Made by a program: the position numbers and the translations under genes
Part shown: positions 10,201 to 17,370 of the stretch, one piece after another
Layout of the letters: the number at the start of each line of letters is the position of its first letter
How positions within the stretch are numbered: position 1 is the stretch's first letter
Notes under the pieces: generated by a model
What the model saw: the letters and a program-made list of their open reading frames with translations, nothing else
Databases searched by the model: none
What the model was told of the DNA's origin: nothing
Source of the DNA: Halogeometricum borinquense DSM 11551
Lineage (GTDB): Archaea > Halobacteriota > Halobacteria > Halobacteriales > Haloferacaceae
Direction: 5' to 3'
DNA length: 32,000 nucleotides
Assembly (NCBI RefSeq): GCF_000172995.2
Contig: NC_014731.1
Span: forward strand, 300,001 to 332,000

Positions 10201-10853
10201 TCTGTCTCTGACAGTTGTCGGGTTTCTATATCTTCCTTTGCAGAAGTGATCCAACCTTCTGCTTTACTGACCCGTTCTCGGAGTTCTGACTCAGTTTCCT
10301 CACTGAGCAATCCTTCAGCGCTACACTCCGCTTGAATTTCTGACTCTAATGCTTCGATAGCACCCTGTATTTCGGATATCTCAGCGTCCTGCTCTCGCTT
10401 CGCTTTGAGATAGGACTCAAGTTCTTTTACATCTGAGCGGAGTGATTCTGCTGTCGTCTGTTCACTGGTGCGTAAGAACTGTTTATTGTCCTGGAGTAGT
10501 CCAGATAAATCAGCACGGATTTCCTCAAGGGTTCTGAGGGATTCTTGGGCTTCAGATGGTAACGGCTCGCCTCGCCGGCGTGGCCCTCGTATCATCTCTT
10601 CCACTGTGGAGGTTATCTCACGCGCAGATTTGTTGAGAGAGTGGTATTCCTTCTCTATTTCTTGACGGCGTTGATCGGCAGATTCAATCTCAGCTACAAG
10701 ACTCCCATATAAAAGACGTTGCAGGCCTCCTGGAAGGATGTTAAATAGCGTTTTATTCTGCTTCTGCTCTAATTCTCGTTGATATTCGTCCCAGGAAGGT
10801 GGCGTTTTGGAATCCATAGATATGATCTGTGTGAGTGTTGTTACAGCTGACAA
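7275..10853 (-). CDS. helicase IV (HelD)-like SF1/UvrD-family helicase with a long N-terminal coiled-coil repeat region, an embedded PD-(D/E)xK-like module and a C-terminal OB-fold-like domain
   Basis: 1192-aa ORF. SF1 motifs: AGAGTGKT, AMTFTRKAATEM, TLHSFG, VMVDEFQDLN, LFAVGDDWQSIYGFKGA, TNYRC, AHQAKGKEAGHVII, EERRLFYVALTRAEERL, QSPFLDEI. Insert: YIPDFSLPEHNIVIEYL. The tail TITVTAED...GYKLKFVIEDE...YRIDDVVVGEYEGDPQFQID is OB-like. Confidence 0.85.
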   Translation of the reverse strand: MSAVTTLTQIISMDSKTPPSWDEYQRELEQKQNKTLFNILPGGLQRLLYGSLVAEIESADQRRQEIEKEYHSLNKSAREITSTVEEMIRGPRRRGEPLPSEAQESLRTLEEIRADLSGLLQDNKQFLRTSEQTTAESLRSDVKELESYLKAKREQDAEISEIQGAIEALESEIQAECSAEGLLSEETESELRERVSKAEGWITSAKEDIETRQLSETDLERFDELFERTSGLRQRVTIYNESQTEDTYKSLIGRLESEVPELKHEVEQSREEGVPLPREHDEIVCELDPLLESIADFLSSRSTEYISAKQEDELRQYGSILQRTRKFVNAKSAFDNQIEVLEEWADELKSTVEDIFNERSYLATPEQRCYEKRFDEAQSRVVKTEENIDLNLLANSDRSRFESIASEIANIRGQLEGYNQKLIEQQRDKYEETFSGFGDDDLSLNAEQELAVYRNDIHNQVIAGAGTGKTFSLSCRVKYLVEEGVSEDDILAMTFTRKAATEMSDRLDEMFDISGVETSTLHSFGNRALNEIDPTLVQIEDQSRLREVGRLIRSLYQADQEFRKHYDEFLELYKEANLKDDDKERRDFLNSLRYKSDTTLRGEEVQSRFNEEKDAHTSVADLLFKHDISYHYRKYAAWAGNPKDQAYIPDFSLPEHNIVIEYLPSEPTRQRKRWYNQKRSRDEVEKIFEGTDQTLLIVSGDQTDPSRVETVVKTQLEKLGVTFESPLRGKALRDETYEHNICWRDVESTFAEFVKKAKTNRINPEDQLDNLSESEDEELYHFSHAATRLLQEYQSVYDRYNAYDFVDMIVMATDAIKSGEIDNIAQFRHVMVDEFQDLNLVQIEFVQALLSRHDDARLFAVGDDWQSIYGFKGARPDYFIDFADHFSPAVETRLETNYRCPPSVVKAGNDLIKNNEAKTDKTVTAHKSLETTPRVHLVPGSDDFQYRRNGIKKIVQLVKSSVRESDRKPNDVMVLARNQSGSPFIREISKRLRDADIPVGGENGVEVTKAHQAKGKEAGHVIIANAAGGMSDGFPPTERDRSLTQLVEIDTGSHMDEERRLFYVALTRAEERLDIQSRVDQQSPFLDEIQNHVITDSTVIDPDAERTTITVTAEDTREAKPFWNSRQLGTLVTKDGYKLKFVIEDEATDIPLLEEEHQYRIDDVVVGEYEGDPQFQIDADTSVTPVDSLTSN

Positions 10854-10899
10854 TAATTGGGAGACACGAACTTCTTTCGGTGTTTGTCTGCAGTTTGAA

Positions 10900-10940
10900 C
10901 AGCTATCGAAGAATGTCGACGACCCCCTTCGACATAGCTG
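10900..10940. promoter_or_regulatory. imperfect hairpin/palindrome in the divergent intergenic region between the helicase IV-like gene and the secreted-protein gene
   Basis: cagctatcgaag (10900-10911) pairs with cttcgacatagctg (10927-10940) apart from a 2-nt bulge. An inner gtcgac palindrome is present. Confidence 0.2.
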
Positions 10941-11124
10941 GTTGAGTAATCATTCTGTGGAAAATAGGGCTGACAGAACTGGTTAGAGAACATTGCTGTA
11001 CGGATACTCCTAAGCGTCGTGATGCGTGACTAACAACAAGTATGACTTACCCTCAGACGGATTCACTATCACATATGATACTCTGACGAAGTGTTAAATA
11101 CAACCGTCATTTTATTTCGTTTGG

Positions 11125-12045
11125 GTGTACACAGTGAGAAAAGTCCGATCTTATGGGGTGTTGCTTGTCTTGTGCATACTGATGGTCTCTAGTGTGTTTG
11201 TAGCCACACCAGTTGCGTCTGCTGAGGATGATGATCATGGGGTCAATGAATCGAAATTACAAGAACAAGCAATTAATCCTGAGCTCCGACCGTTTTTGTG
11301 GAAAGACGGTGCGGGGCAGTACCCCTCGTACAAACGGCAGGAAGTCGCGGGGTTCAGCGGCTATCTAGAACGAAAAAGTGCAGATCGACTCACTACACTG
11401 CGGTATAATTTCAATGAATCTGTATTCAGCGACGAGTATGATACATATCTGGTCATTGCTCGCGTGGCGTGGCATGCAAATGGGAATGGAGACCAAGAAC
11501 GCGCTGTGACCAACCAAGGTCAACAGGATATCCCCGGCAGTAGTGCGAATGAGGACTGGGGAACCGTCCGGTTGCCGCTGGCTCCAGATGACGATCCGTT
11601 CGTCAAGCTTTCTGCAGAGTATGAAACTGGCTACTTGTCGTCTGGAACTGCCGTTGTGCGTGTACAACGTATTACTGTTATTCCTGCTCGCCTCGTTGGG
11701 AGACTCTCTAATGAGGAGGTGCTGGAAATTACTTCACAGTCTGGTGATGCCGACACTACTCGGACCGTCACGAATACGGAGCCGGCTACAACACCATCTC
11801 CCAGTGTGCAATCTACTTCTATCCCCTCTCCCACACCGACGGCTGTTCCTCCGACGGCCCAACCCATTGTCAGCCCTACGCCGATTACGCCTGATGTGAC
11901 CACTGATTCGAAACTCTACGATGACCGCGGTCTATTCTTGCCGAACGACGAACTATTGCAGGCAGGGTTGAATGCGTGGGTGTTGTCTGTGCTTGGGTTT
12001 GTAGTTTCAATCATAGGTGTTGGGTACTCAATGTGGAGGGACTAA
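11125..12045 (+). CDS. secreted protein with Sec-type signal peptide, Thr/Pro/Ser-rich linker and C-terminal TM anchor
   Basis: GTG start (alternative GTG at 11134). Signal peptide ...GVLLVLCILMVSSVFVATPVASA/EDDD, linker TTPSPSVQSTSIPSPTPTAVPPTAQPIVSPTPITP, C-terminal AWVLSVLGFVVSIIGVGYSMW. Confidence 0.6.
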   Translation: MYTVRKVRSYGVLLVLCILMVSSVFVATPVASAEDDDHGVNESKLQEQAINPELRPFLWKDGAGQYPSYKRQEVAGFSGYLERKSADRLTTLRYNFNESVFSDEYDTYLVIARVAWHANGNGDQERAVTNQGQQDIPGSSANEDWGTVRLPLAPDDDPFVKLSAEYETGYLSSGTAVVRVQRITVIPARLVGRLSNEEVLEITSQSGDADTTRTVTNTEPATTPSPSVQSTSIPSPTPTAVPPTAQPIVSPTPITPDVTTDSKLYDDRGLFLPNDELLQAGLNAWVLSVLGFVVSIIGVGYSMWRD

Positions 12046-12046
12046 C

Positions 12047-12676
12047 ATGTCTGGCTCAATTTCGCTCCTCTGGAGTCTCGTGTCTGGTGGGCTGTTGGCA
12101 ATTGTTGGTGGTGTAATTGGATTAAACAGCAATCCGCCATTGATGTATGCCGGGTATCCCCCGGCGTTTTTCGGACTCTTTGCGATCCTCGGTGGGACGT
12201 ATTCATACCTCCTATCCCCGCAGACGATGACTCCGCGCGGTGGGGAGGCAATTGTCTTTCAGACAGAGCCAACACAGTGGGTCGCTGGCAGTAAATCAGT
12301 CGGCGGTCTCGCTCTCGCATCAATCGGTGTGTGGGGCATTGCAGAAACGTCACTGCCGCTTGCGTATCCGGTTTGTGTCAGCGTCGTTGGCGTTTGGTTT
12401 TACACCCTCGGGCTGACTCGGCTCTGGCGCAACTCGCTAACGAAGTACTACGTCACCACCGACCGAGTCGTCGAAACGTACCAACTACTCAGCGTCACTC
12501 AGAAGACAATGCCGCAACGACAGGTCCAGGGCATCGAAAAGCGGAAAACGCTCATCGAGAGGTTGTTGTCTGTCGGCCATGTCCGCATTGAGTCTGCGGG
12601 AGACACTGGGACATCGAGAATCATCGCTCGGAATATCCGGGACCCAACACAGCTTGTCAACGCGATTCGAGAGTGA
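12047..12676 (+). CDS. membrane protein with C-terminal bacterial-type PH (bPH_2/DUF304-like) domain
   Basis: ATG lies 1 nt after the upstream TAA. There are four hydrophobic segments, followed by YYVTTDRVVETYQLLSVTQKTMPQRQVQGIEKRKTLIERLLSVGHVRIESAG. Confidence 0.6.
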   Translation: MSGSISLLWSLVSGGLLAIVGGVIGLNSNPPLMYAGYPPAFFGLFAILGGTYSYLLSPQTMTPRGGEAIVFQTEPTQWVAGSKSVGGLALASIGVWGIAETSLPLAYPVCVSVVGVWFYTLGLTRLWRNSLTKYYVTTDRVVETYQLLSVTQKTMPQRQVQGIEKRKTLIERLLSVGHVRIESAGDTGTSRIIARNIRDPTQLVNAIRE

Positions 12677-12791
12677 GTTCTCCCACTATGGAGGCAGAAA
12701 AGCCCGGTCTAAGATAGTTGGAATGGTTAACCCAGTGAGTCACCCAACAAGCAAACAAAGTGAGTTCCCTAGGACCTAGCCCCGAGGCGAT

Positions 12792-13763
12792 TCACTCAAG
12801 GTTGCCTTCATTTTCGAGTCGCCGCATCACTTCTTTGTGTTGCTGTTCAGCGGCATCTTCAGGTGTATAGCGGTCACCACCCGTGTAATCGTCGTCTTCC
12901 CACGGTTTGTCAGGACCAACACCGACCGGCGGCGTATCACCGTGAGTCGTATCACACGTGAGGCAGGTCCAGAGTGCGACACCATCAACGTGGACCGAGG
13001 GGTGGCCCCCGTCATACCCGTCGAAAATATGCTGTGTCGCCTCGCCACAGTTCGGACAGCTCCGATTTCGAACTGTTTTGTCGGTGGTGTTGCGCTTGCG
13101 GTCGTAAAGGACTGCAGGAACCACCCAGTAGTCGTGGCTCTCACAGTGTGGTTTCTCGTCGAAGTCTGCCAGTCGGTCCTTGTCAACGAGCCCGTCACCG
13201 TTCTCGGTGAAGATGTACGGGTCGCTGTCCGAAAGGGGTGAATTGGTCACATCGGGTGATTCTTCGACGGATAGTGTCGTCTCCCAGTCGGTCTTATCAA
13301 CCGCGGTCTCGAAGAGTCGCTGCCCGTCGTTGGAGTCCAGCGGGACTGCGTCGGGGAGGCTTCCCCACCCAGCGGTCAGTATTTGGGCGGGGTCGTCGAT
13401 ATCGTAGAACAGTTCATAGCTGCTACGCGACTTGTGGCCTCCGTCTCGAAGGCGGAACGATGAACTTCCGATGGCGAGCGCATGGTAGCGATTTGATGCT
13501 GGGATGATGGCGATCGCAGTCTTCGAAATCGACCACTCGTAGTCGGTAGCGTCGGCCGCTCGCGGCGATGACTCGCGGTGGTCGACACAGCGAGCGCGCG
13601 TCGGTGGAATCGACCCGCCACAGACTTCACAGTGTGCTGGGCTGGCTTCGACATCGTGGTTTGCAAATTGCCACTCATGCTGATGAGACTGTCTTCCGGT
13701 GTGATTTGGTCCGCCTGCTGTGCCAGGGAGTTCCTCTCGTGGAATCCGACCTTCGTCGTCCAT
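12792..13763 (-). CDS. double zinc-ribbon protein of unknown function
   Basis: First ATG (13763) gives 323 aa. The longer listed ORF runs through the AT-rich promoter region. Metal-binding motifs: CEVCGG-x10-CVDH, and CPNCGEATQH-x-WTCLTCDTTH (CxxC-x27-CxxC). Composition is acidic. Confidence 0.6.
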   Translation of the reverse strand: MDDEGRIPREELPGTAGGPNHTGRQSHQHEWQFANHDVEASPAHCEVCGGSIPPTRARCVDHRESSPRAADATDYEWSISKTAIAIIPASNRYHALAIGSSSFRLRDGGHKSRSSYELFYDIDDPAQILTAGWGSLPDAVPLDSNDGQRLFETAVDKTDWETTLSVEESPDVTNSPLSDSDPYIFTENGDGLVDKDRLADFDEKPHCESHDYWVVPAVLYDRKRNTTDKTVRNRSCPNCGEATQHIFDGYDGGHPSVHVDGVALWTCLTCDTTHGDTPPVGVGPDKPWEDDDYTGGDRYTPEDAAEQQHKEVMRRLENEGNLE

Positions 13764-13843
13764 CAGGCACCCATAGAGGCGGCTTGTATTTATGTTGTAA
13801 ACATAATATGTCCGAATAGAATATACGTATTGATATTGAATAA
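13764..13843. promoter_or_regulatory. 80-bp AT-rich divergent promoter region with a short palindrome
   Basis: Lies between two divergent starts. Contains tatgtt-gta-aacata (13791-13805) and TATA-like runs (atttat, atatac). Confidence 0.35.
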
Positions 13844-16800
13844 ATGCCAATGCCACCGAGCGATGACCAGAATACTGGTGACTCACCCCATGTTCCCCCA
13901 TGGATATCTGACGGAGAGACGGCTGATCCAGACATTATCAACGTTGATTCGAAGCATGATTCGACAGAATCTCCTGACTCACTGACTAGAGGTGTGGGTC
14001 CGGTCACTGTTTCTGACCTCGACAGAACATGGGCACCCTACTTTCGGTACGACTCTGTCTACCAAGACCAGATTGATGCAGTTGATACGTTCCTTGAACT
14101 CCTCTCGGAGAACGGCTATTACGTTTTTGAGGGAGCATGTGGGACTGGCAAGACGTTGGCGGCCGTCACTGGCGGGATTCACGCGATTCGCGACCAGTCG
14201 ACACTGACGAAGACCCTTGACAACGTTTCTGGAGACTTTCCTGACTACTCGCGGCTGTTCGTGGTTACGCCACTCAAACAGCAACTCCACCAGTTCGTCC
14301 GGGAAATGAAGGGTATCAATGCGTCCCTTCCTGAAGCTAAAGCTCCCGTCTCAACGGTCGTGATCAGGGGTCGAACTGATATGATGCCGTATGCGTACGT
14401 CGACTTCCCACCGTTCGATAGACACGGTGTCGGTGAGAAGATGGATGATCTTAGGGAGATGACGCGAAAGCTCATCAAGTTCGATAGCGACATTCCACTG
14501 GACTGGCCGGGGGACATGTCACCACCAGATTTCTCAAAGGTTGACTACAACTGGGAAGAAGCTAGCTTGACAGCGGAAGACCACCGTGAACGGTTTCGAT
14601 ACGATCCCGTTCGAGCAGAGGCAGTCACCCGAATCGTCAAGGATATGGATCCAAGAGGCGACGAGAGTTTCGATCGCCTGACAGTCAATGGTGTTGAGAC
14701 ACCATATCCGGACCTCGTTCCTCATACGAACGACGTCGTCGATACAGACGTACTCCAGCGACGAGGGACAGGCCAACTTTCCGTTGGGCTTCAGGGCAAG
14801 TTCGATCCGTTCTATGCCGGGGCGTTCATGGAGGACGGTTTGCCGTTCGACTTCCATCACGCGGACCATCACGTATTCGACCAAGAGACGCTTTTCCAGA
14901 CAGCGGCCTCTCGAGGTATCTGTCCACACGAGGCGATGGCGATGCTGGCAGGTCGGGCGGAGGTCGTTCTCGGGAACTACTACCACCTCTTCGACCCCCA
15001 GACCCGGCTACTGACCGACGATAAAATTGGTCTACTGGACTCGGAAACCATCGTTGCCGTCGACGAGGGGCACCAGATTGAGGAGCGGGTCCGCGATATG
15101 CTCTCGATGTCGCTGGATATCTATACACTTGACCGGGCAATTAACGACATCGAGATCACACGAAATTACGCGGTGGGTGACCTCGCCAAGACGCCTACGC
15201 CGAACCTCAATACCAGCGACGCAAGATTGGCCGAATCGCTGGCTGACAGCGCACTCGATACGGTCGGAAACTACTCTGTGACTCCTGAAGATCTCGCTGA
15301 GGTCGAACAGCTACTTCGATTCGCCAAGCAAAAGCTGACTGTCTACGGTTCGGACGCCGTGAGCGAGCGCTACCAGGACATCTCGTGGCAGGATGCCGTC
15401 GAACGCTGGGGTGCAGACCCTATCGAGAACGCGCTTTCTGACCCAGAGTGTCCCGACGAGTCCGACGAGTTCCTTACGGACGCGATTGCTGAGGACGACT
15501 TTGACACTCGCTCGTTCTTCAAGGTCTATCCGGCGATGTTAGGGACGAAGTTCGTGTTCGAGGCACTCGAAGAGGCGGGGATCCACGACCGAACCCCACA
15601 GGGCGTAGAGGTTGGGAAGTTCTTCAAACGCTGGGCAGCCGAGGGTACCGTTGAGTACCACCGTGAGGTCGTCCTCGACGACCGGCGAAAGGAGACCATA
15701 CCGACGGAGTTCCCCGACTGGGTGAAGGCGTGGACACCGAAATTCCAGCTATTCAACTGCATCCCTCGGGACGAACTCCAAGCGGTGTTCGGAGAACTGG
15801 GCGGGGGCGTCCTCATGAGTGCGACCCTCCAGCCTGAGGAGGTTTATACTGAGGCGGTCGGCATCAACGATATCCCGTTCCCCACGGAAGACGAAGAGGA
15901 CGACGATGCCGAGGAGACGGACGTGGTGACGAAGCCCTCTGCGGGAACGAGCCACGATAACTCCGACATCCGTCCAACCGCGTTTGAGCAGTACCCATTG
16001 CGATTCCCTCAGGAGAACCGGGTGTCGCTTATCGCCGACCTCCCGAAGTTCACGAACCGGAATCGAGGGAAACGAACGACTGACCCGCGCCAGATGAAGC
16101 CGGTCCGTAAGCAGTATGCAGATCTTATTGAACAAGCGATTGCCGGCCGTGGGAATATCCTCGTGGCGATGCCGAACTACCGGGAAGCGGAGTGGGCATA
16201 TAACTATCTCAAGAAGCAAGGGTCGTCCAAACGGTTTCACCTCGACCAGTCGAGTTCGGCGCTCGAAACCGACGAGACGCTGGAGTCGTTCTTTGCCGAC
16301 GGTGACGCGGTCATCTTCACCAGTTCGCGCGGCACGATCACTGAAGGCGTTGACTATGACGGCGAGAAGTTGCACGGATGCGTGGCCGTGGGGATTCCGC
16401 TTCTTCCAACAAACTCGAAGCGTATTGATGCTGTGATAGAGGCCTATGACGAGCGTATTGGTGTCAAATCGGGATTCGAGACGGCGCTTATGATCCCAGC
16501 TGTTCGGAAAGTTCGCCAGGCGTTCGGCCGGGTGATTCGTGGGTCGGACGAAGCTGGCTTCCGTCTCCTCGTCGATGAGCGCTACGGATCGACAGGTTGG
16601 GACGGTGTGAACGAGTACCTCTCCGAACAAGAAAGAGAAGAGTTCCAGACTGCAGACCCAGAATTCATCAGCCAGATGATCTCGACGTTTTGGGACGACG
16701 TGGACGAACGGGAACGGGAGCGAGAGGCGGAGGACGACCCGAAGAAGAGTGATATAGAAACGACGAGAACCACGGCGCCGACCGACGATATAGTCCAGAA

Positions 16801-17122
16801 GTCGGCTGTCGGGACGGAAGCAGGCGGTACCAATCAAAAATCCACGACCGAAGTGACGGCAACGAGTGATCCCTCGGCAACGTACTCGAAAATCTACTTT
16901 GGAGATGGTTCAAACCTCTCCAACTGGACTCCCATTAGGACCGATATCGCCGAGAACGAAATCATCCCTATCGTGCGTGAACACACAGTAGATGAAGAGA
17001 GCGGTACGGAGTACATCCAACTCAACTTCGCCAAGGAACTCTCAGTCAGTGGTTGGACAAAAGTCGATGCAGAGATTGTCCATACGCAAATCGAGCCGAT
17101 AGCAAAACGGGCGAGGAAGTAG
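13844..17122 (+). CDS. XPD/Rad3/DinG-family SF2 helicase lacking the Fe-S cluster cysteines, with a ~190-aa C-terminal extension
   Basis: 1092-aa ORF. Motifs: EGACGTGKTLAAV (I), VAVDEGHQIEE (DExH), GGVLMSATLQP, GICPHEAMAM and GNYYHLFDP (XPD-like), TSSRGTITEGVDYDG, VRQAFGRVIRG (VI). Only one Cys falls in the region that would hold the 4-Cys cluster. Confidence 0.85.
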   Translation: MPMPPSDDQNTGDSPHVPPWISDGETADPDIINVDSKHDSTESPDSLTRGVGPVTVSDLDRTWAPYFRYDSVYQDQIDAVDTFLELLSENGYYVFEGACGTGKTLAAVTGGIHAIRDQSTLTKTLDNVSGDFPDYSRLFVVTPLKQQLHQFVREMKGINASLPEAKAPVSTVVIRGRTDMMPYAYVDFPPFDRHGVGEKMDDLREMTRKLIKFDSDIPLDWPGDMSPPDFSKVDYNWEEASLTAEDHRERFRYDPVRAEAVTRIVKDMDPRGDESFDRLTVNGVETPYPDLVPHTNDVVDTDVLQRRGTGQLSVGLQGKFDPFYAGAFMEDGLPFDFHHADHHVFDQETLFQTAASRGICPHEAMAMLAGRAEVVLGNYYHLFDPQTRLLTDDKIGLLDSETIVAVDEGHQIEERVRDMLSMSLDIYTLDRAINDIEITRNYAVGDLAKTPTPNLNTSDARLAESLADSALDTVGNYSVTPEDLAEVEQLLRFAKQKLTVYGSDAVSERYQDISWQDAVERWGADPIENALSDPECPDESDEFLTDAIAEDDFDTRSFFKVYPAMLGTKFVFEALEEAGIHDRTPQGVEVGKFFKRWAAEGTVEYHREVVLDDRRKETIPTEFPDWVKAWTPKFQLFNCIPRDELQAVFGELGGGVLMSATLQPEEVYTEAVGINDIPFPTEDEEDDDAEETDVVTKPSAGTSHDNSDIRPTAFEQYPLRFPQENRVSLIADLPKFTNRNRGKRTTDPRQMKPVRKQYADLIEQAIAGRGNILVAMPNYREAEWAYNYLKKQGSSKRFHLDQSSSALETDETLESFFADGDAVIFTSSRGTITEGVDYDGEKLHGCVAVGIPLLPTNSKRIDAVIEAYDERIGVKSGFETALMIPAVRKVRQAFGRVIRGSDEAGFRLLVDERYGSTGWDGVNEYLSEQEREEFQTADPEFISQMISTFWDDVDEREREREAEDDPKKSDIETTRTTAPTDDIVQKSAVGTEAGGTNQKSTTEVTATSDPSATYSKIYFGDGSNLSNWTPIRTDIAENEIIPIVREHTVDEESGTEYIQLNFAKELSVSGWTKVDAEIVHTQIEPIAKRARK

Positions 17123-17370
17123 CAGATCAGGGTTCACCCATAGAAAAATCCGGTTCTGTAGTTTCGCTAGACCGAGACGCCGCACCTGCAATAAGATAAC
17201 AGCCAATGAACTGCATTGGAGAACTGCAGTTCTGTATTGTTAATCTGTGAAGGGATTAGAACTGATGAACGGGCTTCACGCGGAACGTATCTGGGTCAGC
17301 GTTCGGCGTCGTGGGCACCGTCCGGAAGAAACGCTGTCTGAGAATGAGAGTAGATCGCGAAAGAAGCATA

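Noticed and set aside
7608-10665. Multiple plus-strand ORFs (e.g. 8313..8969, 218 aa) overlapping the 1192-aa minus-strand gene
   Set aside because: They are Phe/Leu/Cys/Ile-rich and basic, carry no motifs, and are fully antisense to a gene with unambiguous helicase motifs. I treat them as shadow ORFs.
12768-12790. 11-mer agccccgaggc shared with 28507-28517
   Set aside because: About a hundred 11-mer coincidences are expected by chance in 32 kb, and the flanks do not align.
14534-16913. Minus-strand ORFs inside the XPD-like gene, including a 362-aa ORF at 15749..16837
   Set aside because: Their Arg/Ser/Pro-rich, basic translations are typical of antisense frames in GC-rich coding DNA. The plus-strand frame carries all the helicase motifs.
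17208-17232. Perfect 12-bp palindrome gaactgcagttc (17221-17232) with a direct copy of gaactgca at 17208, between the convergent XPD-like and AAA genes
   Set aside because: It is short and centred on a PstI-type site, and has no adjacent T-tract of the kind haloarchaeal terminators use. It could be a terminator hairpin or a binding site, but the evidence is insufficient.
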